Below, in pieces: positions 26,694 through 37,925 of a stretch of DNA of 55,041 nt (the stretch's first letter is position 1; each line of letters opens with the position of its first letter). The position numbers were made by a program, and so were the translations under genes. Location of the stretch: positions 1-55,041 of the forward strand of contig CAYMPL010000003.1 of the NCBI GenBank assembly GCA_964392415.1. The letters run 5' to 3'. The stretch is from an uncultured bacterium (GTDB taxonomy: Bacteria; Bdellovibrionota; JACOXK01; 2-02-FULL-40-11). The notes beneath the pieces were generated by a model. The model was not told the origin of the DNA and did not search any database. It saw only the letters and a list, made by a program, of their open reading frames with translations.

Positions 26694-29600
26694 GTTACCT
26701 CCTGTAATGACAGCCATTCATTTGCGAATCTTCGAACCATCGGCAAAATGTCTTTCCACTCCTGAACTTTTGCAGCCAACCGATTTCCTGAACTCATCTG
26801 ATACTGTTTTGGATTCGTTTTGACAAGTTCAATCACCCGGTTTGGATCGACCGGGGTTTGATCTGAAAAGGTCATAAACACTCTCTGAGTTCCGTAATCA
26901 ATCGCTCTGATCCCCAATTTTTTGAGATAAAACTTGATCGCCATCAGTTCAAAGAGATGATAGACGTTATCCGGAATAGGCCCAAAACGATCACGCATCT
27001 CCTCTTCTATCTCCATCAATTCTTCTTCATGTTGAATCGAAGAAAGATGGCGGTAAAACACGAGCTTCTCACTCATATCTGGAATATAATCTTCATCGAT
27101 ATAAGCATCCATCTTCAAATTCATTTCGGGTTCCATGCCTAAATCGACACTCTCTCCTTTCAACTCGCGAACCGTCTGCTCCAGGAGTTCCGTATACATT
27201 TCAAAACCGATCGCGGCGATATGTCCCGACTGATCTTTTCCCAAAATATTCCCGCCGCCGCGAATTTCCAAATCGTGGCTTGCGATCTTAAATCCAGCCC
27301 CAAGCTCCGAGGCGCCCTGAATGGCTTGAAGCCGTTTTTTGGCATCAGCGGTTATCTGATCTTCACCAGGAATAAGAAGATAGGCAAACGCCCGCTCGTG
27401 CGAGCGCCCCACCCGCCCCCGAAGCTGGTAGAGTGTTGCCAAACCAAAGGTATCGGCACGATCGATAATGATCGTATTTGCCGTCGGAATATCGATTCCG
27501 CTCCCCACGATGGTTGTGCAGACCAGAACATTAAATTTTTGGTTTAAAAAATCGTGCATGACTTTTTCGACTGCTGTCTCTCTCATCTGACCGTGCGCGA
27601 AATGGATTTTGGCTTCAGGGACAAGCTTTTGAAGATGGCGCGTCATCCCCGAAATCGTTTCAACCCGATTGTGGAGAAAAAAAACCTGCCCCCCTCTGTG
27701 GATTTCATTTAGGATCGCTTCACGAATGGTGTGATCGTCAAATTTCGAAATATACGTTCGAATCGCACGGCGATCCTGCGGGGGGGTATTGATCACACTT
27801 AAATCACGAACCCCCATGAGCGACATGTGAAGGGTGCGGGGGATCGGCGTTGCCGTCAGCGTTAAAACATCGAGTTCGGTTTTCATCTTCTTGATTCTTT
27901 CTTTATGGACCACTCCAAAGCGCTGTTCTTCATCGATGATGAGAAGGCCAAGATCCTGAAACCCAATATCCCGCGAAAGAAGGCGATGGGTGCCAATCAC
28001 AATATCCGCCCCCCCTTTTTTAATTTTTTCAACCACCCTTTTTTGCTCCGCCGCTTTGACAAAACGAGAGAGCATCACCACCTGAATGCCAAAGGGATCG
28101 AGTCTTTTCTGAAAGAGGCGATAGTGCTGATCGACGAGAAGCGTCGTCGGCGCCAGCAGCGCCACCTGTTTTTTATCAAAAACCACTTTCACCGCCGCGC
28201 GGATCGCAACCTCCGTTTTTCCGTAGCCAACATCGCCGCAGACGAGACGATCCATCGGTTTGGGCTCGCACAAATCGTGGATCACTTCTTCAATAGCCCT
28301 CATCTGATCTTGGGTTTCCTCATATGGAAACGTCGCCTCAAATTCATGAAAATAAGGATCCGGCGGGGAAAATGAATAACCGCTCGCCTGCTGTCTTGCC
28401 GCGTACAAATTCAGGAGCTCATAGGCTATCTCCTGAATCGCTTTTTTGACCCTCGATTTTGTTTTTTGCCAACCCTTTGCGCCCAGTTTATCGAGGGGAA
28501 CCGCCCCCTCTTTGCTCCCCAGATACGGCTGAATGACATTCAACCTGTGAACAGGGACATAAAGACGATCGTTGTCCGCATATTCCATCAATACATAATC
28601 GTTCTCGTGATCCGCGGTTTTAAGTCTCTTAAGCCCCTGATAAAGCCCGATGCCATGATCGGCATGAACCATCGGATCCCCTATTTTCAACTCCGCCAAA
28701 TTCGAGATAAATGGCGCTTTTTTTGAAGGACCGGCCGTCTGGCTTGGTCTTTTCTTTCGCTCGCCAAAAATTTCATCTTCCGTAATAAAGACTGTTTTTT
28801 CATCCGGATCCCGAAAGCCCGAACTCAATTCTCCTGAAACAAAAATCAGATGAAAATGCCGAAAGCCATTATTCTTTCGGATTTCATGAATCGTTTGAAG
28901 CGCGAATGATTTTTCGAGAAACATGCAGCGAATACCATACGGCTCCATCAATTCCCGAAAACGCTCATGCTGTATTTTTGTGTGCGCGGTCAAAATGACG
29001 ACATATCCTTCATCGCGCCAATTTTTGAGATGCTCGGCAAGCGGGTTTAGCATTTCAAGCGATTTGTTTTTTAATTTTCTAAAGTCGAGACGAATATCCT
29101 GATTATCTTCCATGTGAACCACTCTATTTTTCTCTTTTTCGGAAAGCAGCTCGATCGGTGAAATATGGATATATTTTTGAGGACTCAAATAAATCTCCAT
29201 CTCTTTTTTTGTGGAATAAAAATCGGAGACCGGCGCTGAGATTCTTTTATCTTTCATCGCCTCCTGAAAATCACGTTCGCATTCTTCCTCAAAAGTGGCC
29301 ATTGCATCCTCAATCTTTGTCTTATCCGAATAAACCAGATCAAAACACTCCGGGAAATAATCCAAAAGATGCGACAATTTCGAATAGAAAAAAGAAAGAT
29401 AATAGTCTACGCCTGAAAAATAGATGCGATGTTTCACATATTCCAAAATCTGATCACGATCCCCCTTTTTTACCCCCTCCTCATCCGCATGCCGTTTGAT
29501 CGCTTCCAATGCCTGTTCCATATAGGGCTCCCCATAAATAATTTCGCGGGCGGGAATCACCGCAATCTCTGGAATATCTTTTTGTAAAGACCTCTGCGTG

Positions 29601-30193
29601 GCGGGATCAAATGTCCGGATTGTCTCAATCTCATCTCCCACAAATTCAAGGCGATAGGGAACTGGAGAAAGCGGCGTAAAAAGATCGAGAATCCCCCCTT
29701 TCACACTGAACGTCCCTTTATCCTCAACCGTTTCCACCCTCTGATATCCGTTTTCAGAAAGTTCTCTAATCAACTTGTCACGATCGATCTCCCCCCCCTC
29801 TTTCAAAAAAAGGGTCCGATCGATCAGGACTTCTCTGGGAATCACGCGCTGCATCAGCGCATCGACGGTAGAAATAACCAAAAGATCCCTCTCCTGAAGG
29901 AGGTGATACAGAACTTTCAGCCGGGACATGATGATCTCTGGATGGGGAGAATAAGTATCGAAAGGATGAGACTCCCATCCCGCATAATACAGGATACGAT
30001 CTTTTAAATCCGGCAAAAAAAAGGAAAGGTCAGAAACAAGATTTTCAGCCTCCCTATGCGACTCCGCAATGAAAAGGAGGGTACTCCGCTTGAATGCCCA
30101 ATAGGACGATAAAAAAAAGGGAAGACCTCCCCCTTTGAGACCGGTGACATTCACCCCCCCCTCCACCGCTTCAAAGCGAGAGAAATCAAACAT
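26690..30193 (-). CDS. mfd: Transcription-repair coupling factor
   Basis: UvrB-like N-terminus; CarD/TRCF domain; [17 protein letters not shown]; DEEQRFGV; QLRGRVGRS. Confidence 0.97.
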   Translation of the reverse strand: MFDFSRFEAVEGGVNVTGLKGGGLPFFLSSYWAFKRSTLLFIAESHREAENLVSDLSFFLPDLKDRILYYAGWESHPFDTYSPHPEIIMSRLKVLYHLLQERDLLVISTVDALMQRVIPREVLIDRTLFLKEGGEIDRDKLIRELSENGYQRVETVEDKGTFSVKGGILDLFTPLSPVPYRLEFVGDEIETIRTFDPATQRSLQKDIPEIAVIPAREIIYGEPYMEQALEAIKRHADEEGVKKGDRDQILEYVKHRIYFSGVDYYLSFFYSKLSHLLDYFPECFDLVYSDKTKIEDAMATFEEECERDFQEAMKDKRISAPVSDFYSTKKEMEIYLSPQKYIHISPIELLSEKEKNRVVHMEDNQDIRLDFRKLKNKSLEMLNPLAEHLKNWRDEGYVVILTAHTKIQHERFRELMEPYGIRCMFLEKSFALQTIHEIRKNNGFRHFHLIFVSGELSSGFRDPDEKTVFITEDEIFGERKKRPSQTAGPSKKAPFISNLAELKIGDPMVHADHGIGLYQGLKRLKTADHENDYVLMEYADNDRLYVPVHRLNVIQPYLGSKEGAVPLDKLGAKGWQKTKSRVKKAIQEIAYELLNLYAARQQASGYSFSPPDPYFHEFEATFPYEETQDQMRAIEEVIHDLCEPKPMDRLVCGDVGYGKTEVAIRAAVKVVFDKKQVALLAPTTLLVDQHYRLFQKRLDPFGIQVVMLSRFVKAAEQKRVVEKIKKGGADIVIGTHRLLSRDIGFQDLGLLIIDEEQRFGVVHKERIKKMKTELDVLTLTATPIPRTLHMSLMGVRDLSVINTPPQDRRAIRTYISKFDDHTIREAILNEIHRGGQVFFLHNRVETISGMTRHLQKLVPEAKIHFAHGQMRETAVEKVMHDFLNQKFNVLVCTTIVGSGIDIPTANTIIIDRADTFGLATLYQLRGRVGRSHERAFAYLLIPGEDQITADAKKRLQAIQGASELGAGFKIASHDLEIRGGGNILGKDQSGHIAAIGFEMYTELLEQTVRELKGESVDLGMEPEMNLKMDAYIDEDYIPDMSEKLVFYRHLSSIQHEEELMEIEEEMRDRFGPIPDNVYHLFELMAIKFYLKKLGIRAIDYGTQRVFMTFSDQTPVDPNRVIELVKTNPKQYQMSSGNRLAAKVQEWKDILPMVRRFANEWLSLQEVT

Positions 30194-30239
30194 GCTTATA
30201 TGAAATTAGCATAGCAAACAGCGTTTGACGAGTCAGAAA

Positions 30240-30271
30240 CGTCATTCTGAGCGCGTTAGCGCGAAGAATCC
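30240..30271. repeat. REP-like palindrome, opposite orientation
   Basis: CGTCATTCTGAGCGCGTTAGCGCGAAGAATCC. Confidence 0.7.
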
Positions 30272-30444
30272 CATCGAGCTACGGTAAGGCCTCAGAACCT
30301 GTGAAAAAATTGAGAAAGTATAATTCAACCGCTCGAATTTATCGCCACCGATCCCCATTCAATGTGGTCAGGTTCTCGAAACTGCAGTCAGCATCTACTG
30401 ATGCAGGGTTTCTATCTGAACCAATACGCAAGGAGAGAGCTATC

Positions 30445-30966
30445 ATGAAGTATTTTCTATCTATCATTTTTACAGTCTTACTCTTTGCTACGAGCAATAT
30501 CGTATTTGGCTATGCGATTGATTGCAAAGGGGGGAGGGTCACGGATCTCACTGAAAATTCAGATGGTACCGCAACACTGGAAAGCGATGATAGTCAGGTT
30601 CGTTTGTTCCTCACAGAGTATGCTTTGGATGGCAGGCCATCAGCGGATGATTTCTTTCTATATAGAAAAGACGGCGAACGCGAACCGACCACTGACTCTG
30701 CCTTGCAGCAGGTAACATACCTCAGAAAAGATGATGCCAAAGCGTACGATTATGATGCATACGATCAGCTTTGGAAATTTGAGACAAAAAAAGTTTATGT
30801 TTATGAAGTTTTGCCTCAGGATCAAACTCATGTCATAAAAGTGGAATGGGTGTTGTTAAAAGGACTTTCGGGTTCAGCGGATAACCCCGTAACGATTTCC
30901 CGGGTTTATTTTAAAGGCTCAGAGACGCCTGTTCGTTATGTAAGTTGGTGCCGGAAAGTCAGATAA
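30445..30966 (+). CDS. Hypothetical exported protein
   Basis: AGGAG SD, signal peptide MKYFLSIIFTVLLFA; two distant Cys. Confidence 0.65.
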   Translation: MKYFLSIIFTVLLFATSNIVFGYAIDCKGGRVTDLTENSDGTATLESDDSQVRLFLTEYALDGRPSADDFFLYRKDGEREPTTDSALQQVTYLRKDDAKAYDYDAYDQLWKFETKKVYVYEVLPQDQTHVIKVEWVLLKGLSGSADNPVTISRVYFKGSETPVRYVSWCRKVR

Positions 30967-31012
30967 TCAATTTATCTTGACGGATAATCATCGACTGCAA
31001 TATATCTCTGTC

Positions 31013-32041
31013 ATGTTAAAACAAATTCTCTTTTTAATACTTCTTTCATTTTTTACATTGCCTCTTTTTGCGCAAGCGCCGGCGGGGGAAGTCTGTGAAG
31101 AAACAGATCCCAAAAAAATCGTCGCGGAGGTCTATGGACAAAAGCTTTCGGAAGGAGAGCTCAATCGATCTCTCAGTATGGATCTTTTCCAGATGCAGAA
31201 AAATATTTATAACCTAAAAAAACGTAAAATCGACGAATGGGTTGAAAAAATCCTTCTTGAAAAAGAAGCCATGAAAAAGAAGATAACGCTTGAGCAGTTG
31301 ATGGAAAAAGAAGTCCGGAATAAAATAAGATCGATAAGCCAAAAAGATGTGGATAAATTTTATGAACAAAACAAAGAACGCCTTCCAGGGACAAAAGAGC
31401 AGCTCGCGGATAGAATTAAGAGCTTTCTTGAGAATGAGGGGAGACAAACCACCTATCGCAACTATGTGGATCGCCTAAAAAAGAGGGCACGGGTCGTCTA
31501 TTCTCTTTCCAAACCAGAACATCCCCGCGTTGAACTTTCATTAACACCGGGACCTACCCGGGGAAAAGAAAACGCAAAAGTAAAAATTGTCGAGTTCTCT
31601 GATTTTGAATGTCCGGGGTGTGCAGGGCTGGTGGCCAAACTCGATCGTGTCTTAAAAAAATACGGCAGCAAGATCAGCCTTACCTTTAAAGCCTACCCGC
31701 TCAGCTTTCACAAAAAAGCGGTTTTAGCCCATCAGGCATCCCTTTGTGCGGATGACCAGGGGAAATTCTGGCCTTATCACGACATTCTTTTTAAAAGCCA
31801 ACAGGCTTTGGAAAGAAAAGATCTGGAAGGATACGCTGAAAAACTCAAAATCGATATGACAAAGTTCAGGCAATGCCTAGACAGCGGCGAAAAATTCGCA
31901 AAGGTTCAAAAAGACATTTCAGAAGGCGATCAGGCCGGCGTCAACGCCACTCCCACCTTCTTCATCAATGGCAAAATCGTTGTCGGCGATATTCCTCAGG
32001 AACAGATTGAAGAGCTGATTAACGAGGAATTGAAGCGGTAA
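31013..32041 (+). CDS. DsbA-family thioredoxin-fold protein with SurA-like N-terminal domain
   Basis: Signal peptide; IVEFSDFECPGC; GVNATPTFFING cis-Pro loop. Confidence 0.85.
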   Translation: MLKQILFLILLSFFTLPLFAQAPAGEVCEETDPKKIVAEVYGQKLSEGELNRSLSMDLFQMQKNIYNLKKRKIDEWVEKILLEKEAMKKKITLEQLMEKEVRNKIRSISQKDVDKFYEQNKERLPGTKEQLADRIKSFLENEGRQTTYRNYVDRLKKRARVVYSLSKPEHPRVELSLTPGPTRGKENAKVKIVEFSDFECPGCAGLVAKLDRVLKKYGSKISLTFKAYPLSFHKKAVLAHQASLCADDQGKFWPYHDILFKSQQALERKDLEGYAEKLKIDMTKFRQCLDSGEKFAKVQKDISEGDQAGVNATPTFFINGKIVVGDIPQEQIEELINEELKR

Positions 32042-32052
32042 AATGTCAGCTT

Positions 32053-32445
32053 ATGTACACCCAATTTATAACCATTTTTATCTTCCTTTTAATCGGGGCG
32101 GCGATTGTGCCGGCTATTCTCCTGGTGGGAAAAATTCTTAGGCCGCATCATCCAGATGAAAAAAAATTAACGACTTATGAATGCGGAGAAGAGGCGATCG
32201 GCTCTTCATGGGTACAATTTAATTTGCGATTTTATGTGATTGCGATCCTTTTTCTAATCTTTGATGTTGAGGCGGTCATTATGTTTCCTGTCGCGGCTGT
32301 TTTCAGGCAATGGATTTTAAGTTCTCCCGCCAATGCCTGGCTTGTTTTTACCGAGGTCTCCATTTTTCTTCTGATCCTCATCGTGGGCTTTGCCTATGCC
32401 TGGCATAAAGGGGACTTTGAGTGGATTCGGGAAAGGAAAAGCTAA
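32053..32445 (+). CDS. nuoA: Complex I subunit A (set 1)
   Basis: TYECGEE, FYVIAILFLIFDVE, KGDFEW. Confidence 0.95.
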   Translation: MYTQFITIFIFLLIGAAIVPAILLVGKILRPHHPDEKKLTTYECGEEAIGSSWVQFNLRFYVIAILFLIFDVEAVIMFPVAAVFRQWILSSPANAWLVFTEVSIFLLILIVGFAYAWHKGDFEWIRERKS

Positions 32446-32448
32446 GCA

Positions 32449-33561
32449 GTGTCATTTCCTGAATTTTTAAGAGAGCTTCTCGCTTTTTCCCCTCTCCTGG
32501 CCTCCATTCCCCTTTGGGTCTACAGTCTTATTGCAATCCTGGGTCTTCTTTTCCTTTTCGTCTTCCCCTTCGCTGGAATTGCTGTCTACGTTGAAAGAAA
32601 GATCGCTGGAGACATTCAGTCGCGTATCGGCCCAAACGTCGTCGGCCCCTATGGAATCCTCCAATGGATCGCAGATGCTTTAAAACTCCTGGTAAAAGAG
32701 GATATTATCCCCAAAAATGCCGACCGAAAGCTCTTTATTTTATCGCCGATGATTATCTTTATCAGCGGCGCGGCAGCTTTCGCTGTCATCCCCTTTGCTG
32801 AAAATCTGATTATTGCGGATCTCAATATCGGTATTTTCTATCTGATCGCGATTTCCTCGATGGTCACGCTTGGCATCATTATCGGCGGATGGGCATCCAA
32901 TAACAAGTGGTCGCTTTTAGGGGGGCTTCGCGCGGCGGCACAAATTGTCTCCTATGAAATTCCGGTTGCGCTCTGTATCTTAACCGCGGTACTTGTCACC
33001 GGTACCCTCGATATGACTCAAATTGTAAAAAACCAGTCTCCCTACGCGTGGAATATTTTTCATAACCCTTTTATGACGATTGCCGGTTTCGTTTACTTTA
33101 TTTCAGCGCTGGCTGAAGTAAACCGCACCCCCTTTGACATCCCGGAAGCGGAATCTGAGCTTGTTTCCGGCTACAACACGGAATATAGCGGCATGCGTTT
33201 CGCGATCTTTTTTCTCGTCGAATACGCCAACTGTTTTGTGATTTGCGCGGTGGCAACAACGCTTTTCTTCGGCGGGTGGCATCTGCCGCTGATCGACACC
33301 TCAGGGCTTTCCCCCGCATTTCGAATCCCGCTTCAAGTTGTTGTCTTTATGTCCAAAGCCTTTCTTCTCCTTCTCGTCATAATGTGGATCCGCTGGACAC
33401 TGCCACGATACAGAGTCGATCAGCTGATGAAACTCTGCTGGGAAATTCTCGTCCCCTTTGCTTTTGCGGCGCTTTTCGGAACAGCGCTTTGGATGGTTCT
33501 TTTTCAGGGGAAAGGAATTCCAGAGATGATCTGGGAGCTTCTAAAAAAGGTGGTGGAATGA
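32449..33561 (+). CDS. nuoH: Complex I subunit H (set 1)
   Basis: ERKIAGDIQSRIGPN, ADALKLLVKE, RTPFDIPEAESELVSGYNTEYSG, RYRVDQLM. Confidence 0.95.
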   Translation: MSFPEFLRELLAFSPLLASIPLWVYSLIAILGLLFLFVFPFAGIAVYVERKIAGDIQSRIGPNVVGPYGILQWIADALKLLVKEDIIPKNADRKLFILSPMIIFISGAAAFAVIPFAENLIIADLNIGIFYLIAISSMVTLGIIIGGWASNNKWSLLGGLRAAAQIVSYEIPVALCILTAVLVTGTLDMTQIVKNQSPYAWNIFHNPFMTIAGFVYFISALAEVNRTPFDIPEAESELVSGYNTEYSGMRFAIFFLVEYANCFVICAVATTLFFGGWHLPLIDTSGLSPAFRIPLQVVVFMSKAFLLLLVIMWIRWTLPRYRVDQLMKLCWEILVPFAFAALFGTALWMVLFQGKGIPEMIWELLKKVVE

Positions 33562-34055
33562 CCTCCTACGATTTTATTTTCTACGCGTTTTCAGGGGTCA
33601 TTATCGGATCATCTGTTGTTTGCGTCTTTCATCCGAATATTCTTTATGCGGGACTTTCCCTTTTTGGAGCTTTTTTTGGAGTGGCTGGGATTTATTTGCT
33701 TCTGGGAGCCGATTTTTTGGCGGCAACACAGGTTTTGATCTATGTCGGGGGGATTCTCACATTGCTTCTTTTTGCAGTCATGCTTTCTAAAAATATTTAT
33801 GGGGTAAAATTTGAAGAAGAAAAAAAGAGAAAAATCGTCCCCACCCTTTTTTGTCTGATTCTTTTGGGTTTTCTCGTGAAGCTCATATTCTCAGCCCACT
33901 GGAATATCGTCACCCCAACTGATCCGCCAACTGCTACAACCCATCGTCTCGGAACACTCCTCTTAACCGACTATCTTTTGCCATTTGAATTGGCCTCTGT
34001 TCTTCTTTTGGCATCCCTCATAGGGGCGATCGTTTTGGCGAGGAGTAAAAGTTAG
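33558..34055 (+). CDS. nuoJ: Complex I subunit J (set 1)
   Basis: QVLIYVGGILTLLLFAVML, YLLPFELASVLLL; ATGA overlap with nuoH. Confidence 0.92.
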   Translation: MTSYDFIFYAFSGVIIGSSVVCVFHPNILYAGLSLFGAFFGVAGIYLLLGADFLAATQVLIYVGGILTLLLFAVMLSKNIYGVKFEEEKKRKIVPTLFCLILLGFLVKLIFSAHWNIVTPTDPPTATTHRLGTLLLTDYLLPFELASVLLLASLIGAIVLARSKS

Positions 34056-34058
34056 CAG

Positions 34059-34370
34059 ATGTTACACGTTGAATTAAAGCATTACCTCGTTCTCTCATCC
34101 ATTCTTTTTGTGCTTGGAATTCTCTCGATTATTTCAAGAAAAAACTCGATTGGGGTTTTGATGGGGATAGAACTTGTGCTGATCTCCGCAAGTATTAATT
34201 TTGTCGCATTCTCAAAATATATCGCGATGGATCTCTCAGGGCAGGTTTTTGCCCTCTTTCTTTTCATTATTTCGGTTTCAGAAGCGATCGTCGCTCTCGC
34301 CATTGTGCTCCGGATTTATCAAAACAGGGCATCTGTAGATATGGATGATGTCGGAGATCTTAAATGTTAA
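34059..34370 (+). CDS. nuoK: Complex I subunit K (set 1)
   Basis: MGIELVL and VSEAIVALA (both conserved Glu). Confidence 0.93.
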   Translation: MLHVELKHYLVLSSILFVLGILSIISRKNSIGVLMGIELVLISASINFVAFSKYIAMDLSGQVFALFLFIISVSEAIVALAIVLRIYQNRASVDMDDVGDLKC

Positions 34371-36358
34371 CAGCCATGACTGCGATTCTTATTTCACCCC
34401 TGATTTCATTTGCAGTTCAGATTTTCTTCGGAAAACGCCTCCCAAGATCTGGAGATTGGGTTTCGATCTTTGCCATTTTTCTCTCCCTTGTCCTTTCGAT
34501 CCTTCATTTTATGGATGTTTTCAGCGCTTTTGATCCTTCCTTTAAACTGACCTTCTCCTGGCTCTGGCTCGACATTCCCGAATTTAGACTTGAGTTTGGC
34601 TACCACATCGACAACGTCAGTTCGCTGATGCTCGTTGTGGTCACAGGAGTCAGTTTCCTGATTCATCTCTATTCGGTCGGCTATATGCGCGGGGATTCAA
34701 GATACAGCCGCTATTTTGCCTATCTCTCTTTCTTCTCCTTTTCGATGATCGGGCTTGTTCTCGTTGATAATCTGTTTTTTCTCTACATTTTTTGGGAACT
34801 GGTGGGTCTCTCTTCCTACCTTCTCATTGCCTTCTGGTTTGAAAAACCAGAAGCGGCAGCGGCAGGCAAGAAGGCCTTTATTGTGACGCGTATCGGCGAC
34901 GTGGGGATGTTTGTAGGAATTCTTCTCATCTTCTTCCAAACAAACGGTCTTCTCAAATACGACGATGTTTTCGGCGCTGTTTCAAAGGGGCTTTTCAACT
35001 CCGATATATTTGGAATCTCAGTTTTAACGATTGCGGGGGTCTGTCTCTTTTTGGGAGCGGTCGGAAAATCTGCCCAGTTTCCACTCCATATTTGGCTTCC
35101 AGACGCCATGGAGGGCCCGACACCGATTTCAGCGCTGATTCATGCGGCAACAATGGTCGCTGCGGGGGTCTATCTCGTCATACGGATGTTCCCTTTTTTA
35201 TCCGATGACGCGCTGCTCATCATCGCGTATACAGGGGGATTCACCGCTTTTTTCGCCGCAACGATGGCTGTCACACACACTGATATCAAAAAAATTCTCG
35301 CCTATTCAACGATCAGCCAGCTGGGATTTATGATGCTTGGGGTGGGGGTCGGAAATTATACGGGGGGATTTTTTCATCTCGTCACACACGCCGCTTTCAA
35401 AGCTTCGCTCTTTCTCTGCGCGGGGAGTGTGATTCATGCGACACATTCGCAAGACATTCGTGAGATGGGGGGATTACGCCAAAAAATGCCGATCACATTC
35501 TGGGCAAGTCTTATAGCTACGCTTGCTATATCAGGAGTACCTTTTTTCTCAGGATTCGTCAGTAAGGATTTAATTTTGGGAAGCGTCTATTCATTTGCAA
35601 ATGAAAATCCAGTTCATATTCTGCTGCCGATATTTGGTTTTGGTGGCGCGCTGCTTACCGCTTTTTATATGTTCCGCTGGTTGTTCTTGATCTTTTTTGG
35701 CACAGCCAAAAAAAATCAGCTGCATGAATCGACTTGGACAATGACCATACCGTTGATCTGCCTGAGCATCCTCTCCTTCGCTATTATTTTCACAGGTTCC
35801 CCACTCTGTTTGGGTGAACTCAATCTCTTTGGTTCTTCCAGCCAGTGGTTTACACATCTCATTGTTTCTCCAAAAACAACGGAATCCCATGAGAATGCGC
35901 ATCTCATTCCTTTAATCCTCTCCCTTTCCATCGTTACTGCTGGAATTCTTCTTTCGTACCTCACCTATTCCAGAAAGCTTATCGATCCCCAAAAGATCTC
36001 GGACAAATTCAAGGGCATCTATAAGACACTCACAAATCTTTATTGGATCGATGAACTCACCGAATGGCTGATCGTGAACAACCAGATCCGTCTCAATAAT
36101 GTCCTTGCCAACTTTGACAACCGTGTGATTGATGAAACGCTTGTTGATGGCTGGGCGCCCCTTACGGCAAAGACCTCCCTTATTTCAGGTGATTTTGACA
36201 ATCGGGCCATCGATCAGACACTGGTTGATGGAACAGGGAGGATCATTGGTCAGACGGGGACAGAAATCCGAAAAATTCAGACTGGAAAAGTTCAACAATA
36301 TCTTTTATTAGGACTTGGGGCTGCCTGTATAACGCTCTTGATTCTTTTAATGGTTTAA
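34364..36358 (+). CDS. nuoL: Complex I subunit L (set 1), elongated transverse helix
   Basis: FWELVGLSSY, GKSAQFPLHIWLPDAMEGPTP, HLVTHAAFKA, FVSKD, IQTGKVQQY. Confidence 0.95.
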   Translation: MLTAMTAILISPLISFAVQIFFGKRLPRSGDWVSIFAIFLSLVLSILHFMDVFSAFDPSFKLTFSWLWLDIPEFRLEFGYHIDNVSSLMLVVVTGVSFLIHLYSVGYMRGDSRYSRYFAYLSFFSFSMIGLVLVDNLFFLYIFWELVGLSSYLLIAFWFEKPEAAAAGKKAFIVTRIGDVGMFVGILLIFFQTNGLLKYDDVFGAVSKGLFNSDIFGISVLTIAGVCLFLGAVGKSAQFPLHIWLPDAMEGPTPISALIHAATMVAAGVYLVIRMFPFLSDDALLIIAYTGGFTAFFAATMAVTHTDIKKILAYSTISQLGFMMLGVGVGNYTGGFFHLVTHAAFKASLFLCAGSVIHATHSQDIREMGGLRQKMPITFWASLIATLAISGVPFFSGFVSKDLILGSVYSFANENPVHILLPIFGFGGALLTAFYMFRWLFLIFFGTAKKNQLHESTWTMTIPLICLSILSFAIIFTGSPLCLGELNLFGSSSQWFTHLIVSPKTTESHENAHLIPLILSLSIVTAGILLSYLTYSRKLIDPQKISDKFKGIYKTLTNLYWIDELTEWLIVNNQIRLNNVLANFDNRVIDETLVDGWAPLTAKTSLISGDFDNRAIDQTLVDGTGRIIGQTGTEIRKIQTGKVQQYLLLGLGAACITLLILLMV

Positions 36359-36367
36359 GGAGGAAGC

Positions 36368-37918
36368 GTGATTTTACCAGAATTTATTTCAGATCATATT
36401 TTAAGCTGGATGGTCCTTTCACCCCTTATTGGAATAGCGCTGATTCTTCTTATTCCACGGCTCCAGAACAACGCCATTCGCTGGATTTCAGTTTTGACGA
36501 CCGCGATTCCCCTCTTATTGTCGGTTGCCCTTATTTTTCTTTTCGATCGGGATGAGGCCGGGATTCAATTTGTAGAAAGGGCCCCCTGGATTACGAGCTT
36601 TAATATCTATTACTATCTGGGGACCGACGGGCTCTCGGTCACGATGCTTCTTCTGACCGCCCTGCTCTCATTCCTCTGTGTGTTCGCCTCATGGGGGATC
36701 GACAGAGGGGTCAAAGGCTATTTCTCGATGTTTCTTCTTTTGGAAACAGGGATGATGGGGGTCTTTGCCGCCCTCGACTTCTTTCTCTTCTATCTCTTCT
36801 GGGAAGTGATGCTCCTTCCGATGTATTTCTTAATCGGCGTCTGGGGGGGACCCAAAAAAGAGTTCGCCGCGATCAAGTTCTTTCTCTATACCCTCTTTGG
36901 CTCTGTCCTCATGCTCGTTGTTATGCTTGCATTTTATTTTTACAGTGAGCCGCATACTTTCGACCTCGTTGAACTCTCAACCGGGATTCTTCAATTTAAA
37001 AACGTGGAAATTTTTGGAATTTCATTGACGCCGGAAACATTCCGAAGAATCCTCTATATCTTTCTATTCATTGGTTTTGCGATTAAAGTTCCCATCTTCC
37101 CGTTTCATACATGGCTCCCTCTCGCGCACGTCGAAGCTCCCACCCCAATTTCTGTTCTCCTTGCCGGAATACTTTTAAAAATGGGGGCATACGGACTCTT
37201 AAGGATCAGCTTTCCGATTTTACCGGAGGAAACAATTTGGTTTGCTTACCCACTTGCGTTTATGGGACTGATCAATGTGATCTATGGAGCTTTTTGCGCG
37301 ATGGCTCAGATTACGCTCCCCGCCTCCAAAGGGGGAAACGACTGGAAAAAACTGATCGCCTATTCATCGATTAATCACATGGGGTATGTTCTCTTGGGAA
37401 TGTCTGTTTTTACAACGGAGGGGATGAACGGAGCTGTTTTCCAGATGTTTAATCATGGCACAACGACGGCAATGCTCTTTCTTTTGGTCGGTGTTATCTA
37501 CGACCGCGTCCATCACAGAAAGATCGATGGCTTCGGGGGGCTAGGTGCTCAGCTTCCTGTCTACACAGGCGTTGTCGCGTTGGCTTTCTTTGCGTCACTT
37601 GGACTGCCGGGGCTTTCGAGCTTTATCTCTGAAGTGCTTGTATTTTTGGGGGCATTTAAGGTTTACCCGACAATCACTATTCTAGCCACTCTCGGCATTA
37701 TCCTCAATGCGGCCTTTTTCCTCTGGGTATTCCAGAAAATCTTTTTTGGCCCGCTCAATAGCAGCTATAAAGATCTTAAAGATTTAAATTGGCGTGAGAA
37801 GGTCTCGCTGATTCCGCTTTCTATTATTGTGGTTGCGCTTGGGGTCTATCCCATGCCAGTCCTCAACCTCATGAAGGCAAGTCTTGATAAACTGATTCTT
37901 TTAATTCAGGCCACTTAA
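36368..37918 (+). CDS. nuoM: Complex I subunit M (set 1)
   Basis: FWEVMLLPMY, AIKVPIFPFHTWLP.AHVEAP, LLKMGAYG, FISEVL. Confidence 0.95.
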   Translation: MILPEFISDHILSWMVLSPLIGIALILLIPRLQNNAIRWISVLTTAIPLLLSVALIFLFDRDEAGIQFVERAPWITSFNIYYYLGTDGLSVTMLLLTALLSFLCVFASWGIDRGVKGYFSMFLLLETGMMGVFAALDFFLFYLFWEVMLLPMYFLIGVWGGPKKEFAAIKFFLYTLFGSVLMLVVMLAFYFYSEPHTFDLVELSTGILQFKNVEIFGISLTPETFRRILYIFLFIGFAIKVPIFPFHTWLPLAHVEAPTPISVLLAGILLKMGAYGLLRISFPILPEETIWFAYPLAFMGLINVIYGAFCAMAQITLPASKGGNDWKKLIAYSSINHMGYVLLGMSVFTTEGMNGAVFQMFNHGTTTAMLFLLVGVIYDRVHHRKIDGFGGLGAQLPVYTGVVALAFFASLGLPGLSSFISEVLVFLGAFKVYPTITILATLGIILNAAFFLWVFQKIFFGPLNSSYKDLKDLNWREKVSLIPLSIIVVALGVYPMPVLNLMKASLDKLILLIQAT

Positions 37919-37925
37919 GGAAAAC

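Noticed and set aside
30301-30444. Upstream start for the 221-aa ORF
   Set aside because: SD and signal peptide begin at 30445.
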